A stretch of 64,000 bases of DNA from assembly GCA_030153785.1 (NCBI GenBank), contig JASKLF010000004.1, positions 91,797 through 155,796 on the forward strand, in the 5' to 3' direction. This DNA comes from a bacterium. GTDB lineage: Bacteria; Synergistota; GBS-1. The notes beneath the pieces were generated by a model that was not told the DNA's origin, did not search any database, and worked only from the letters and a program-made list of their open reading frames with translations. The first letter of the stretch is position 1; each line of letters opens with the position of its first letter. Of this stretch, positions 19,217-31,603 are shown piece after piece. A program made the translations under genes and the position numbers.

Positions 19217-20581
19217 ATGATTATCGAGAAGGTAAGAAGGTTTATTGATAAGTATAATCTTTTTGAAAAAGGGGAAAAGGTTTTAGTAGCCGTTTCAGGT
19301 GGGGTAGACTCCGTTGTTTTGCTTGACCTTCTTGTTAATCTTGCTCCCCTTTATGATTTGAAACTCCATGTTGTTCACCTCGATCATGGCATCCGAGACA
19401 TAGATTCTTATGAGGATTCTATTTTCGTGCAAGAGCTTGCGCTTAGATATGGTTTAGGTTTTACCATGGGTAAAATTGATGCTAGAGTGAGAGAAAGAGG
19501 GGAATCTGTTGAAGAAGGAGCTCGGAGGCTTAGATATAGCTTTTTAAGACGATGCCTGGATGAACTTAAGGCTCATAAGATAGCGCTTGCTCATCATGCC
19601 GATGATCAGGTAGAAACTTTAATAATGAGAATTTTAAGAGGAACAGGCCCTTCAGGATTATGTGGAATGCGCCCTAAAAATCCTCCTTATGTTAGACCGC
19701 TTTTAAATTTGTGGAGGTCTGAGATAGAAGAATATGCCTTGGAAAAAGGTCTTAGCTACAGGGTAGACTTGACTAACTATGATACCCATTATTTTAGGAA
19801 TAAGGTGAGACATCTTCTTTTCCCCCTGCTAGAAGAGTATAGTCCGTCTTTCAAGGAAGGATTATTGAGACTTTCCGAACTTATGTGGATTGAGAGAGAC
19901 TTTATTGAAGTTCTTTTGGAAAAGGAATATAGAAGTAAGCTACTCTTGAAATCGGAAGACAAGATATGTTTTGATTCTCGAGGATTACGTTCTAATAAGT
20001 TTATTTTTCTCGAACTTCTTAGACGAGCTATAGAGGAGCTCTGTGGTAGCACTTATGGCTTTTCAAAGGAAGATTTAGATAGAGTTTGGGAAAATGCATT
20101 TGGAGTGTTTGATCTGCCTAAGGGAATAAGGGTAAAGGATGATGGAAAAAGTTTCTGTGTATTTCTAAGGGGAAGAAGTAAGGATTATAAGGAGGAATGG
20201 CTTTTTGAGCTTAAGATTCCTGGCATTACAAATATACCGGGAGGTATGATAAAATCTGATTATGTATCTCATTTTAGATTGCCCGAGAACGAAAATGAGG
20301 CCTTCTTTGATGCGGAAAAGCTGAGATATCCTTTGTTTGTTAGAAACAGAAGGGAAGGGGATAGATTCACCCCCTTAGGAATGAAGGGAGTAAAGAAGCT
20401 TAAAAAACTTCTTATGGAGGCTTCTATTCCCCGTGAAGAAAGGGGGAAAATCCCTATCGTTGTCGACGGAGAGGGTGACATTATTTGGATTGCTGGTGTT
20501 AGGCGTGCTGATAAGGCTAAGGTAGACGAAAATACAAGAAAGATATTGCACCTTGTTTATATAAGGGGTGAGAGTGGGTGA
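19217..20581 (+). CDS. tilS: tRNA(Ile)-lysidine synthase
   Basis: VAVSGGVDS, AHHADDQVET and RNKVRH motifs plus the C-terminal TilS domain. Confidence 0.97.
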   Translation: MIIEKVRRFIDKYNLFEKGEKVLVAVSGGVDSVVLLDLLVNLAPLYDLKLHVVHLDHGIRDIDSYEDSIFVQELALRYGLGFTMGKIDARVRERGESVEEGARRLRYSFLRRCLDELKAHKIALAHHADDQVETLIMRILRGTGPSGLCGMRPKNPPYVRPLLNLWRSEIEEYALEKGLSYRVDLTNYDTHYFRNKVRHLLFPLLEEYSPSFKEGLLRLSELMWIERDFIEVLLEKEYRSKLLLKSEDKICFDSRGLRSNKFIFLELLRRAIEELCGSTYGFSKEDLDRVWENAFGVFDLPKGIRVKDDGKSFCVFLRGRSKDYKEEWLFELKIPGITNIPGGMIKSDYVSHFRLPENENEAFFDAEKLRYPLFVRNRREGDRFTPLGMKGVKKLKKLLMEASIPREERGKIPIVVDGEGDIIWIAGVRRADKAKVDENTRKILHLVYIRGESG

Positions 20582-21111
20582 AGGCTTATTTAGGGGAAGT
20601 CTTAATATCAAGAGATGAAATCAAAAAGAAGGTGAAGGAGCTTGCTGCGATGATATCGAAAGATTATGAAGGAAAGGATCCTATATTCATTGGTGTTCTA
20701 AAGGGAGCCATCATCTTTATGGCAGACCTTCTTAGAAGTATTCCCTATAGTGTGTTTGTGGATTTCATGGCTGTTTCCAGTTATGGGGATGCAACTGAGA
20801 CGAGTGGAATAGTAAAGATAGATAAAGACCTCGATACAGATATAAAAGGCAGACATGTATTAATAGTGGAAGATATCATAGATTCAGGTTTAACACTCAA
20901 ATACCTACTGGGTCTCCTTTCTTCTAGAAACCCGGCAAGCTTAAAGGTTTGCGCTCTTCTTAATAAACCTGCGAGGAGAAAGGTTGATGTTCCGGTAGCT
21001 TACCTCGGATTCGATATCCCACCGGAATTTGTGGTGGGATATGGTTTAGACTTTGCAGGTATGTATAGGAATTTGCCTGATATTCATATCTTGCGGTTTG
21101 AGGAGCAATAG
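20578..21111 (+). CDS. hpt: hypoxanthine phosphoribosyltransferase
   Basis: VLKGA, VEDIIDSGLTL and FVVGYGLD motifs. Confidence 0.97.
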   Translation: MKAYLGEVLISRDEIKKKVKELAAMISKDYEGKDPIFIGVLKGAIIFMADLLRSIPYSVFVDFMAVSSYGDATETSGIVKIDKDLDTDIKGRHVLIVEDIIDSGLTLKYLLGLLSSRNPASLKVCALLNKPARRKVDVPVAYLGFDIPPEFVVGYGLDFAGMYRNLPDIHILRFEEQ

Positions 21112-21163
21112 TATGAACTATATTGTGATATAATTCTTTTGGGAGGTGTGTCTAAAATAAACG

Positions 21164-23074
21164 ATGAATAGACTTTTGAGGAACTTAGGGTTGTATCTAA
21201 TTTTTATAGTTTTGGTTATTTCGATGGTGAATACTTTCTTTTCTCCACAAGAAGGAGTGAAAGTAACCCAGCGCTTGAGCTTCAGTAGTTTTCTCAACGC
21301 CGTAGAAAATGGCTTGGTTAAAGAGGTTGTGATAGAGGAAAATAATGTTAAAGGAATAATGAAGGATGGAACTGTTTTTACCGTTAACATAATTAATGAT
21401 CCCTCTCTTCCACAAATGTTGGCTAAAAAGGGAATAAAAGTTGATGTGGAACCTCCAGAAAAGACGCCGTGGTGGGCTCAATTCTTTTCCTCTCTTTTCC
21501 CTACCTTGTTACTTATAGGAGCGTGGATATTTATTTTGTATCATATGCAAGGTGGGGGAGGCAAGGTTATGTCCTTTGGGAAAAGTAGAGCAAAGCTTTT
21601 CCTTGACAATCGCCCTCGGGTTACTTTTAAAGATGTGGCAGGTGTGGAGGAGGCAAAGGAGGAACTCAGGGAGGTAATAGATTACCTTAGAAATCCTAAA
21701 AAATATCAGCGAATGGGAGCGAGGATTCCAAAAGGGATTCTGCTTTTAGGACCACCGGGAACAGGAAAGACATTACTTGCGAGAGCGGTAGCCGGAGAGG
21801 CTGAGGTGCCGTTCTTCTCTGTAAGCGGTTCTGATTTTGTTGAGATGTTTGTGGGCGTGGGTGCTGCCAGGGTGAGAGACCTTTTTGATCAAGCAAGAAG
21901 ACATGCTCCGTGCATTATATTCATTGATGAAATAGATGCTGTTGGAAGGCATCGTGGTGCGGGGTTGGGTGGAGGACACGATGAGAGAGAGCAGACATTA
22001 AATCAGCTGCTCGTTGAGATGGATGGTTTCGATATAAACTTGGGTATCATACTTATAGCTGCTACCAACAGGCCCGATATCCTTGACCCAGCTCTTCTTC
22101 GCCCAGGGAGATTCGATAGGCATATAGTTGTGGATAAACCAGATCTTAAGGGGAGAGAGGAGATTCTTAAGGTTCATTGTAGAGATAAACCTCTCGCTCC
22201 AGATGTGGATTTGAAGGTAATAGCGAGAAGAACCCCTGGCTTTGTGGGTGCAGATCTTGCAAATCTTGTTAATGAAGCTGCCCTTCTTGCTGCACGAAGA
22301 AATAAGGATAAGATAACGATGGAGGAGTTTGAAGAAGCTATAGATAGAGTCCTTGCAGGTCCGGAGAGGAAGTCACGGCTTATAAGCGAGAAGGAGAAGA
22401 GAATAATTGCTTATCATGAGGCGGGTCATGCCCTCGTTGCCAAGATGTTGCCAGGTGTGGATCCTGTGCATAGAATATCGATAATACCAAGAGGGCATGC
22501 AGCCTTAGGATATACTCTTCAACTTCCTACGGAAGATAGATACCTTACTACTAAGACGGAATTGCTAAACAGAATTGCTGTTTTATTGGGTGGAAGAGTT
22601 GCGGAGAAAATAGTTTTTGGGGACATTACTACAGGGGCTCAAAATGATTTAGAAAGGGCTACTGCGATAGCACGAGAAATGATTTGCGAATATGGGATGA
22701 GCGAAAGGCTTGGTCCATTAACATTAGGTAGAAAACATCGTCAGGTATTCTTGGGCAAAGATATAATGGAGGATAGAAACTATAGTGAAGAAGTTGCTTA
22801 TGCTATTGATCAGGAAATAAGACAGCTTATAGATAAGTGCTATTCGATGGCTGAGAAAATTATATTAGAGAATATGGAGAAGCTCAGAAAGCTGGCGGAA
22901 ACTTTACTTGAGAGAGAAGTTTTGGAAGCTGACGACATAGATAGAATCCTCGAGGGCAGAGAGATTGAGGAAGATGTAATAGTGACTGCTCAACCCGAAG
23001 GGAAAGAAAAGAAGCCCGAAAATGAAGAAGAGGATCTTTTGAAACATCCTACCATTTTCCCGAAGCCAGCATAA
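21164..23074 (+). CDS. ftsH: ATP-dependent zinc metalloprotease
   Basis: Two TM segments, [11 protein letters not shown] region and HEAGH. Confidence 0.99.
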   Translation: MNRLLRNLGLYLIFIVLVISMVNTFFSPQEGVKVTQRLSFSSFLNAVENGLVKEVVIEENNVKGIMKDGTVFTVNIINDPSLPQMLAKKGIKVDVEPPEKTPWWAQFFSSLFPTLLLIGAWIFILYHMQGGGGKVMSFGKSRAKLFLDNRPRVTFKDVAGVEEAKEELREVIDYLRNPKKYQRMGARIPKGILLLGPPGTGKTLLARAVAGEAEVPFFSVSGSDFVEMFVGVGAARVRDLFDQARRHAPCIIFIDEIDAVGRHRGAGLGGGHDEREQTLNQLLVEMDGFDINLGIILIAATNRPDILDPALLRPGRFDRHIVVDKPDLKGREEILKVHCRDKPLAPDVDLKVIARRTPGFVGADLANLVNEAALLAARRNKDKITMEEFEEAIDRVLAGPERKSRLISEKEKRIIAYHEAGHALVAKMLPGVDPVHRISIIPRGHAALGYTLQLPTEDRYLTTKTELLNRIAVLLGGRVAEKIVFGDITTGAQNDLERATAIAREMICEYGMSERLGPLTLGRKHRQVFLGKDIMEDRNYSEEVAYAIDQEIRQLIDKCYSMAEKIILENMEKLRKLAETLLEREVLEADDIDRILEGREIEEDVIVTAQPEGKEKKPENEEEDLLKHPTIFPKPA

Positions 23075-23094
23075 CTGGAAAGGGGGGAGTGTAA

Positions 23095-23523
23095 GTGGTT
23101 AACCCCGGTTTTCGCCTTAAAAGGGGATTGAAAGGGACTGCCCAAATAGTTGTCGACAAAAAACATTTGGCCACCGAGTTTATTCAACCTTCCGTTGAAT
23201 CTTTAGGTACGCCTGTGCTGATAAATCTTATGAACTTAGCTGCTTTTAACGCCGTTAAGGATTATTTACCCCAGGGGTATACTACAGTTTGTACCTATGT
23301 TAACGTCAGACATGTGGCTGCAACTCCACCGGGAATGGCTGTTACAGCTGAGGCTGTTTTGGAAGAGATAGAAGGAAACAGGTTAATATTCAGGGTAAAG
23401 GCCTATGATGAAGCTGAGCTGGTTGGCGAGGGAGTTATAGAGAGGTGGATTGTTGAAGAGGAGAAATTTCTTCAAAAGGTTAGAGAGAGAAAAAGTCTTC
23501 TTATCAAGGGAAGTATATCTTAA
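23095..23523 (+). CDS. hot-dog fold thioesterase (FlK-like)
   Basis: TP..I.LM..AA, HVAATPPGM.V and F.V.AYD...VGEG patterns. Confidence 0.8.
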   Translation: MVNPGFRLKRGLKGTAQIVVDKKHLATEFIQPSVESLGTPVLINLMNLAAFNAVKDYLPQGYTTVCTYVNVRHVAATPPGMAVTAEAVLEEIEGNRLIFRVKAYDEAELVGEGVIERWIVEEEKFLQKVRERKSLLIKGSIS

Positions 23524-23552
23524 CAAAAGGTCTTAAAAGGTATTTGTTTCAG

Positions 23553-23590
23553 AAGGGGGGCCTTCTTAGAAGGAATGGCCCCCTTATTTG
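23553..23590 (+). terminator. GC-rich hairpin, likely intrinsic terminator
   Basis: AAGGGGGGCC...GGCCCCCTT followed by ATTTG, after the ftsH-thioesterase unit. Confidence 0.6.
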
Positions 23591-23615
23591 CTGACTTTGT
23601 GGGAGGTGCTTTCAG

Positions 23616-23816
23616 ATGGTGAAGTGTGCTAATATGGAAAAGAATTTGCAGAGGTGTACTTGTACTTATGAACCTTGTCCGAGAAAGGGAATTTGTTGTG
23701 AATGTTTAAGATATCATTTGAGCAATAACGAACTGCCAGGATGCTTTTTCCCTCCTGAAGCTGAGAGAACATATGACAGATCTATAACCAAATTTCTTTC
23801 TTTGCACAAGAGGTGA
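23616..23816 (+). CDS. small Cys-rich protein (DUF6485-like)
   Basis: [21 protein letters not shown]...LPGCFF; SD GGAGGTG; stop overlaps the uvrB start. Confidence 0.8.
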   Translation: MVKCANMEKNLQRCTCTYEPCPRKGICCECLRYHLSNNELPGCFFPPEAERTYDRSITKFLSLHKR

Positions 23817-25900
23817 ATAGTGGAAACAGCATGGCAAAATTTAAGTTAGTTGCTCCCTATCCGCCTCAGGGGGATCAACCGCAGGCGATAGAGAAGTTAG
23901 TAGAGGGAATAAGAAGAGGATACAGGTTTCAAACCCTTTTGGGTGTTACTGGCTCGGGTAAAACCTTTACTATGGCTAACGTTATAGAGAAGATAGGTTT
24001 ACCTACCTTGGTTATTGCGCACAACAAGACCCTTGCTGCTCAGCTATACAGTGAGTTTAGAGAGTTTTTCCCTTACAATGCGGTTAGGTATTTCGTTAGT
24101 TATTATGATTATTATCAACCGGAAGCTTATGTTCCTGAAACTGATACCTACATAGAAAAAGATGCTTCTATAAACGAGGAGATAGAAAAGCTTAGATTAT
24201 CTACAACGAAGGCTCTATTGGAAAGAGAAGATGTTATAGTTGTAGCTACTGTTTCATGTATATATGGTATAGGATCAAGAAGGGAATATGAACGAGTAAT
24301 TCTCTCTCTGGAGCAAGGCATGAAGATAACAAGAAGAAGGCTTATCGAACGCCTTATAGAGCTCTATTATGAAAGAAATGACCTTGTTCTGGAAAGAGGG
24401 AAGTTTAGAGTTCGTGGGGATATTGTGGAGATCTATCCTCCTTATGAGGAGGTAGGGGTAAGGATAGAATTTTTTGGCGATGAAATTGATAGGATAACCG
24501 AGTTTCATATTCTTACGGGTAGAACATTGGAGGAAAAGAAAAAGCTTTGCTTGTATCCTGCCAAGCATTTTGTTACTTCTGAGGACATAATTAATAAGGC
24601 CGTCAAGCTTATAGAGATGGAACTTGAAGACAGGGTTAAATGGTTTAAGGAGCAAGGTAAGTATTTGGAGGCAGAACGTTTAGAGCTTAGAACCAGGTAT
24701 GATTTGGAGTTATTGAAAGAAGTAGGTTACTGTCCTGGTATAGAAAACTATTCAAGGTATTTGAGTGGAAGAGAACCTGGAGAACCTCCAGGAACATTGC
24801 TGGACTTCTTTCCTGAAGAATTTCTCATGTTTATAGATGAATCCCACATGACGGTGCCTCAGATAAGGGGAATGTATAATGGAGATAGGTCTCGTAAGGA
24901 AACTTTAGTTGAGTATGGTTTTAGGCTTCCTTCTGCTTTGGATAACAGGCCGTTGAAATGGGATGAGTTTCAACAGTATATGAAAAAGGTTATCTTTGTT
25001 TCTGCTACTCCTGGAGAGTATGAGCTTGAAGTTAGCTCTCAGGTCGTCGAGCAACTCGTGAGACCTACTGGTATAGTAGACCCTGAGGTTGAAATAAGAC
25101 CGGCGAAGACTCAAGTTGATGACCTTTTGAAGGAAATAGCTGAAACAGTGAATAAAGGTGAACGTGTTCTTGTTAATACTCTTACAAAGAAGATGGCTGA
25201 AGATCTTGCCGCGTTCTTAGCTGACCTGGGCATAAAAGTTAAGTATTTACATTCCGAAATAGATACGATAGAAAGAGCTGAGATTCTTAAAGGGTTGAGA
25301 TTAGGAGAGTTTGATGTTTTGGTTGGTGTAAATTTGTTGAGAGAGGGGCTTGATCTTCCAGAAGTTTCCCTCGTAGCCATTCTGGATGCTGATAGACAAG
25401 GATTTTTAAGAAGCGAACGCTCTTTAATCCAGATGATAGGGAGGGCTGCTCGTAACGTTAGGGGAAAGGTTATACTTTATGCGGATGAAATTACTGATTC
25501 CCTGCAAAAGGCGGTTGCTGAGACAGAAAGGAGAAGAAGGGTGCAGATCGAATTTAACAAGAAGCATGGAATAATTCCCAGAACCATAGTGAAGGAAGTT
25601 AAAGACTATTTGCCAGAAGTTAGTAGAGGAAGCAAGAGAGAGGAGATCTCTGTTGGCGTTGCTGAAGAAGCAGTTCCTTATAATGTATCTCCAGAGGAAA
25701 AAGAGGTGTTGATTTCTTCTTTGGAAAGGGAGGTGTGGGAAGCTGTTAAAAGGCTTGACTTTGAGAGAGCTGCTGAAATAAGAGATATATTGTCAGTTTT
25801 AAAGGGAGGAAGTGATAGTGAAACTGGAAAGGTTAATAAACCTAATATGGAACTTTTTTCTAAACGTAAGGTTAATAACGATCATATCCGTGATCTTTAG
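23813..25900 (+). CDS. uvrB: excinuclease ABC subunit B
   Basis: [31 protein letters not shown] and a UVR domain. Start is GTG 23813 or ATG 23831. Confidence 0.99.
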   Translation: MNSGNSMAKFKLVAPYPPQGDQPQAIEKLVEGIRRGYRFQTLLGVTGSGKTFTMANVIEKIGLPTLVIAHNKTLAAQLYSEFREFFPYNAVRYFVSYYDYYQPEAYVPETDTYIEKDASINEEIEKLRLSTTKALLEREDVIVVATVSCIYGIGSRREYERVILSLEQGMKITRRRLIERLIELYYERNDLVLERGKFRVRGDIVEIYPPYEEVGVRIEFFGDEIDRITEFHILTGRTLEEKKKLCLYPAKHFVTSEDIINKAVKLIEMELEDRVKWFKEQGKYLEAERLELRTRYDLELLKEVGYCPGIENYSRYLSGREPGEPPGTLLDFFPEEFLMFIDESHMTVPQIRGMYNGDRSRKETLVEYGFRLPSALDNRPLKWDEFQQYMKKVIFVSATPGEYELEVSSQVVEQLVRPTGIVDPEVEIRPAKTQVDDLLKEIAETVNKGERVLVNTLTKKMAEDLAAFLADLGIKVKYLHSEIDTIERAEILKGLRLGEFDVLVGVNLLREGLDLPEVSLVAILDADRQGFLRSERSLIQMIGRAARNVRGKVILYADEITDSLQKAVAETERRRRVQIEFNKKHGIIPRTIVKEVKDYLPEVSRGSKREEISVGVAEEAVPYNVSPEEKEVLISSLEREVWEAVKRLDFERAAEIRDILSVLKGGSDSETGKVNKPNMELFSKRKVNNDHIRDL

Positions 25901-26327
25901 CATAATAGGTGCTTTTTTTGTCTACATTATGGGTGCCTTTTATGTGACGAAGATAATATATGTGTTTATCAAAGTTGGAAGTATCCCTTCTTTAAAAGAC
26001 CTAACCATAGAACTTCTATTGGCGTTAGATTTGTTTCTTTTTGGAAGTCTACTGCTCATTTTCGCATACGGTACCTATGACCTTTTCATAAGGAGTGCTT
26101 TTCCTGAAACATTACAGTCTTCTGCGAAGCAGTGTCCTATATGGTTAAGTATAGGAACAATGGAGGACCTTAAAGGATATCTTTTGGGATATATAATTAT
26201 AATGTTGAGCGTTACTTTCTTGCAGAAAGCTGTAGCTTTGGAGTATACCTCTCCCGTGTCTCTTTTTCTCTTTGCGGGTGGAATATTCCTTTTGGGGTTA
26301 ACCTACTACTTTGCTCATAAGAGGTAG
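25812..26327 (+). CDS. YqhA/UPF0114-like 4-TM membrane protein
   Basis: LDLFLFG..LLIFAYG.YDLFI and WL.I.T.EDLK patterns. Confidence 0.8.
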   Translation: MIVKLERLINLIWNFFLNVRLITIISVIFSIIGAFFVYIMGAFYVTKIIYVFIKVGSIPSLKDLTIELLLALDLFLFGSLLLIFAYGTYDLFIRSAFPETLQSSAKQCPIWLSIGTMEDLKGYLLGYIIIMLSVTFLQKAVALEYTSPVSLFLFAGGIFLLGLTYYFAHKR

Positions 26328-26337
26328 GTGCGTCACA

Positions 26338-29178
26338 TTGATTGATAGAGTAATTATCAAAGGGGCGAGGGAGCATAATCTAAAAAACATAACGCTTGAG
26401 ATACCTAAGAATAAGTTGGTTGTAATAACAGGGGTTTCTGGTTCGGGCAAATCTTCACTGGCTTTCGATACTATATATGCAGAGGGACAAAGGCGTTATG
26501 TGGAATCTCTGTCCGCGTATGCAAGACAGTTTTTGGGAAGACTGGAAAAGCCTGATGTAGATTCTATAGAAGGGCTCTCTCCTGCCATATCTATAGATCA
26601 AAAGGGTGTACCTAAGAATCCAAGATCTACAGTTGGAACGATAACGGAGATTTACGATTACTTAAGACTTCTTTTTGCAAGGATAGGCATTCCTCATTGT
26701 CCTGTCTGTGGGAGGAAAATAGAAAGACAGACTGTGGATCAAATTGTCGAAAGGATCTTGTCCATACCACAAGGAACCAAGATACAAATTCTTTCCCCAT
26801 TAGTAAGGGGTAGGAAAGGTGAGTTTAAAAATCTCTTTATAGAGCTTCAGAGGGATGGCTTTTTAAGGGTTAGAGTTGATGGAGCTATACTTTGGCTTGA
26901 AGAGGAAATTTCCTTGGATAAATCTAAAAAACACGATATAGACGTGGTAATAGACAGACTGGTTGTTAGTGAGGAAAACAGAAGTAGAGTTTATGATTCT
27001 GTTGAACAGGCTCTGCGATTATCTAAAGGACTTGTCTTGATTTTAACTCAGGATGGGGAAGAACTTCTGTTTTCTGAAAGGTTTGCATGCCCTTATTGTG
27101 ATATCAGTCTTCCTGAGATAGAACCTCGATTGTTTTCGTTTAACAGTCCTTATGGTGCCTGTCCTGCGTGTGATGGCTTAGGAGTTAAAATTGAGTTCTC
27201 GCCGGACCTTGTGGTAGATGAAGAGCTTTCTATTCGTCAGGGAGCTATAAGACCTTGGCGGGATAGTAGATATGAAGAGTTTTATCTTCAACGCTTGGAA
27301 GTTGTTGCGAGAAAATATGGCTTTTCTTTGGATGTTCCGTTTAAGGATCTTCCTGATAAGGTTAAAGAAATCATTCTCTATGGAGCTGATGATATTTTGT
27401 CTTTTAACTTTTACTCTTCGAGTGGGGTTTATGAGTATGAAGGATATTTTGAAGGAGTGATTCCACAACTTGAGAGGAAATACAGAGAAACCGATTCAGA
27501 AACTGTTAAAGAGGAACTTGAGAAATTCATGAGATTTAATTCTTGTCCGGAGTGTAAGGGAGCTCGCTTAAAGAAGGAAGCTCTGGCTGTTAAGATTGGT
27601 GGTAGGAATATATACGAGTTAAGCTGTATGCCTATAAGGGAGTTAAAGTCATTTTTTGAAAATCTTAAGTTAAGTGAAAAGGAAGAGGTTATAGCCCGCC
27701 TTCCTATAAAAGAGATAGTTTCAAGACTTGAATTCCTCATAAATGTTGGAGTGGATTACCTGACGCTATCAAGGCCAGGATATACCCTTTCCGGAGGAGA
27801 AGCTCAGCGAATAAGATTAGCTACCCAGATAGGGTCAGGTCTTACGGGCGTTCTTTATGTGCTTGATGAGCCAACGGTTGGCCTTCACCCTCGAGATACG
27901 GAGCGACTCCTTAACATGTTGGAGAGGCTTAGAGACATAGGAAATACGCTTATCGTAGTTGAGCACGACGAGCTTACCATAAGGAGAGCTGACCATATTA
28001 TAGAGCTGGGTCCGGGCGCTGGATTAAAGGGAGGGGAAGTAGTATATCAGGGTTCTTTTGAAGGCCTCTTGAAGGATGAAAAATCTCTCACGGGAGCTTA
28101 TCTTTCTGGGAGGAAGAGAATACCGATTCCGCCTTATCGTCGAAGACCGGGAAAACGCAAGCTGGTGATAAGAGGAGCTCGGCAAAATAATTTGAAGAAT
28201 ATCGATGTTGTTATCCCTTTAGGCTTGTTGGTATGTGTCACTGGTGTGTCTGGAGCTGGGAAAAGCACCCTTGTTCATGATATCTTGTACAAGGGATTAG
28301 CCAAGGCACTTTATCGGTCCCCCGAAATGCCAGGCGAACATGACTCTATAGAAGGCTTGGAGAATATAGATAAGGTTATCCTTATCGACCAAAGTCCTAT
28401 TGGGAGAACGCCTCGTTCTAATCCAGTTACCTACACGGGTGCGTTTACTCCCATAAGAGAATTTTTTGCATCTTTACCAGAATCTAAGATAAGGGGATAC
28501 CGCCCTGGAAGATTTAGCTTTAATGTGCGTGGTGGAAGATGTGAAGCATGTCAGGGGCAGGGCACTATAAAGGTAGAAATGCAGTTTTTACCAGATGTTT
28601 ATGTGGTTTGTGACTCTTGCAAAGGAAAGAGGTACAACAGGGAAACACTTGAAGTGAAGTATAAAGGAAAAAGTATAAGCGATGTTTTAGAAATGAGTGT
28701 AGATGAGGCTTTAGAGTTTTTCGCCAATATTCCTCCTATAGTCAGAAAGCTGAGGCTTTTAAGCGATGTAGGATTAGGATACATAAAATTGGGTCAATCT
28801 GCTACCACTCTTTCTGGGGGAGAAGCGCAAAGGGTGAAGCTTGCATCTGAGCTCTCCAAAAGACCTACGGGGAAAACCCTCTACATTCTTGATGAACCTA
28901 CGACGGGATTGCATTTTGCTGATGTGGAGAGGCTTATCAAAGTTCTTCAAAGACTTGTAGAAGGAGGAAATACAGTTCTTGTGATAGAGCATAACCTTGA
29001 GGTTATAAAGGTAGCAGATTATGTAATAGATCTTGGTCCGGAGGGTGGAGAGGAAGGCGGATATATAGTGGCTTGTGGAACGCCTGAGGAGGTTTCTATG
29101 AATGATAACTCGTATACGGGGCGGTTTTTAAGAAGGGTTTTGGGAGAAGACAAAAAGCTTTGTCAAGAAAGTGCGTGA
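26338..29178 (+). CDS. uvrA: excinuclease ABC subunit A
   Basis: GAREHNLKN, two ABC ATPase modules and zinc fingers. TTG 26338 follows SD GGTAGGTG. Confidence 0.99.
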   Translation: MIDRVIIKGAREHNLKNITLEIPKNKLVVITGVSGSGKSSLAFDTIYAEGQRRYVESLSAYARQFLGRLEKPDVDSIEGLSPAISIDQKGVPKNPRSTVGTITEIYDYLRLLFARIGIPHCPVCGRKIERQTVDQIVERILSIPQGTKIQILSPLVRGRKGEFKNLFIELQRDGFLRVRVDGAILWLEEEISLDKSKKHDIDVVIDRLVVSEENRSRVYDSVEQALRLSKGLVLILTQDGEELLFSERFACPYCDISLPEIEPRLFSFNSPYGACPACDGLGVKIEFSPDLVVDEELSIRQGAIRPWRDSRYEEFYLQRLEVVARKYGFSLDVPFKDLPDKVKEIILYGADDILSFNFYSSSGVYEYEGYFEGVIPQLERKYRETDSETVKEELEKFMRFNSCPECKGARLKKEALAVKIGGRNIYELSCMPIRELKSFFENLKLSEKEEVIARLPIKEIVSRLEFLINVGVDYLTLSRPGYTLSGGEAQRIRLATQIGSGLTGVLYVLDEPTVGLHPRDTERLLNMLERLRDIGNTLIVVEHDELTIRRADHIIELGPGAGLKGGEVVYQGSFEGLLKDEKSLTGAYLSGRKRIPIPPYRRRPGKRKLVIRGARQNNLKNIDVVIPLGLLVCVTGVSGAGKSTLVHDILYKGLAKALYRSPEMPGEHDSIEGLENIDKVILIDQSPIGRTPRSNPVTYTGAFTPIREFFASLPESKIRGYRPGRFSFNVRGGRCEACQGQGTIKVEMQFLPDVYVVCDSCKGKRYNRETLEVKYKGKSISDVLEMSVDEALEFFANIPPIVRKLRLLSDVGLGYIKLGQSATTLSGGEAQRVKLASELSKRPTGKTLYILDEPTTGLHFADVERLIKVLQRLVEGGNTVLVIEHNLEVIKVADYVIDLGPEGGEEGGYIVACGTPEEVSMNDNSYTGRFLRRVLGEDKKLCQESA

Positions 29179-29911
29179 AGAGGAGACTATGTATAAGATG
29201 GAGAATATAATCTATGGAGTGCATGCGGTAGAAGAGTTTGTGTCTTCTTGCCCAGATAGAGTAAACAAAGTATTGCTTGCTTCTAGAAGACCTAAACTGG
29301 AAAAACTGCTTAGGCTTTACAAGATACCATTTCAGCGAGTTCCTTCCTTGAAAGTAGAAGAACTGTGCAAAGGATTGAATCATCAAGGAGTTGTAGCTTT
29401 AATTTCTCCTGTTCCATATAGTAAGTTGGAAGATGTTTCTTTAGATGAGAAAATAGTCCTGGCGTTAGATGGGATAGAGGACCCTCAAAACCTTGGAGCT
29501 ATTTTGAGGACCGCTGAAGCTGTAGGGGTAAAAAGCGTAATAATCCCGTCTCGGCGTTCTTCTCCTTTAACCTCCGCTGTTATGAAAGCCTCTTCTGGAG
29601 CAGCTGTCAGGTTAAAGATCATTAGGGTTAACAGCATGGCCTCTGCTCTTAAGGGACTTAAGGATGCGGGCTTTTGGATTATCGGTAGTGATGTGGAGAA
29701 GGGGATAGATTATAGCGAAGCAGACTATCCCTTTCCAAGTGTTTTGATATTAGGTAGCGAAGGTAAGGGAATGCACCGAACAATTAAGGCCCTCTGTGAT
29801 ATGCTTGTTTACATTCCTATTTATGGGCAAGTTCAGTCTCTTAACGTTTCTGTTGCAGCAGGAATTTTGCTGTATGAAATGACCAAAAGATTAAGATTGA
29901 AGCCATCTTAA
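29171..29911 (+). CDS. rlmB: 23S rRNA Gm2251 2'-O-methyltransferase (TrmH/SpoU family)
   Basis: [25 protein letters not shown] and SLNVSVA motifs; start could be ATG 29189 or 29198. Confidence 0.92.
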   Translation: MREEETMYKMENIIYGVHAVEEFVSSCPDRVNKVLLASRRPKLEKLLRLYKIPFQRVPSLKVEELCKGLNHQGVVALISPVPYSKLEDVSLDEKIVLALDGIEDPQNLGAILRTAEAVGVKSVIIPSRRSSPLTSAVMKASSGAAVRLKIIRVNSMASALKGLKDAGFWIIGSDVEKGIDYSEADYPFPSVLILGSEGKGMHRTIKALCDMLVYIPIYGQVQSLNVSVAAGILLYEMTKRLRLKPS

Positions 29912-31603
29912 AAGTTCTTCAGTATCCCAAGCGTTTATAACATCTTCCTTTTCAAGCCAGCCTCTTCTTGCAGTTGCCACTCCAAATACCATGAAGTCAA
30001 ATTGTCCCCACGTATGGGCATCCGTGTTTATTGCCAACTTTACTCCCATTTCTTTTGCTATTTTAGCGTTTATGTCGTTTAAGTCTAATCTTTGAGGAAA
30101 AGCGTTAATCTCTAAAGCTACATTTTCTTCCCGTGCTTTTTGGAGAACCGCCATTATATCTACTTGATATCCTTCTCTTTCCTCTATCAACCTGCCTGTT
30201 GGATGCCCCAGAATATCTACATATGGATTGCTCAACGCCTTACAAATCCTTCTCGTCATCTCCTCCTGAGACATGTTAAAGGCAGAGTGAACAGATGCTA
30301 TGACTATATCTAGTTTAGAGAGTATTTCATCGGGGAGGTCAAGACTTCCATCTTGTAGGATATCCACCTCTATGCCTGCAAGTATCTTTATGTTATGGTA
30401 GCGTTCTTGAATGGCCCTTATTTCCTCTATCTGTTTCAACACACGTTCTTCATCCAGCCCTCGGGCAACACCGAGGGCTTTAGAATGGTCAGTTATGGCT
30501 ATATATTTATAGCCTCTTTCTAAGGCCTTTTGAACGAGCTCCTCTATGGAGTGAGCTCCATCACTCCATTTGGAATGGACATGCAGGTCTCCTTTAATAT
30601 CGGTTATTTCAATCAGTTTAGGTAGATTTCCTTCAAGAGCGGCTTCTATTTCTCCTCTATCTTCTCTAAGCTCAGGAGGGATCCACGGTAATCCTAAAGC
30701 GTGATATACATCTTCTTCTGTGTAGCCCGCTATCTTTTCATCGTTCTCTTTGAAAACGCCGTATTCGCTTACCTTCAATCCTTTCTTGATAGCGATTTGC
30801 CTTAGATGGATATTATGGTTTTTGGATCCTGTAAAGTATTGTAAAGCAGCGCCGAAACTCTCTTCAGGAACAACTCTTAAATCTACCTGAAAGGCCTCGT
30901 TGGTCAAGATGCTCGATTTTGTAGGACCCATTCCTAAGACTTCCATTACGAATGGCAAAGAAACGAATCTTTTCATAACATCCATTGGCTCCGTGGAAAC
31001 TACTAATATATCCAAATCCTTAACAGTATCTTTCATTCTTCGTAAGGAGCCAGCTGCACTTATCTTTTTCACAGAAGGAGCCTCGCTTAGTTTGGCTATT
31101 ATTTCCTGAGCTAAGGGGAGTATTCTTCCCAACGACCTTCTTTCTCGGCTTTTCCTCCATAGAGAGATGCCTTTAAGGATTTTTTCCTCTGTTTTGGCTC
31201 CTACGCCAGGCAAGCCCGCAAGCATCCCCTTTTTAGCGGCATCTTCTAATTCCCTAACGCTTTTTATTCCAAGTCTCTCGTAAAATAACTTCGCCTTTTT
31301 GGGACCTACTCCAGGGACAGATAAAAGCTCAAGAAGCGTTGGAGGTATACCTTTTTTGAGCTTTTCATAATCCGCTATTCTACCTGTGCTAAGAAACTCC
31401 ATTATCTTGGCAGCTAAGTCTTTCCCTATACCGGGGATTTCGGTAAGTTTGCCTTTCTTAGCTAAATCTTCGATATCCTCGCTCAACGCTTCTAAGTTTT
31501 GAGCTGCCTTTCTATATGCTCTTATTTTGAAGGGGTTTTCGTCTTTTATCTCAAGTATGTCGGCTATTTCGTTAAAAATCTTGGCTATTTCAATGTTTTT
31601 CAG
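29891..31603 (-). CDS. polX: DNA polymerase X / PHP fusion, CTG start
   Basis: Upstream extension [52 protein letters not shown], TDHS and NTDAH motifs. Confidence 0.93.
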   Translation of the reverse strand: [570 protein letters not shown]

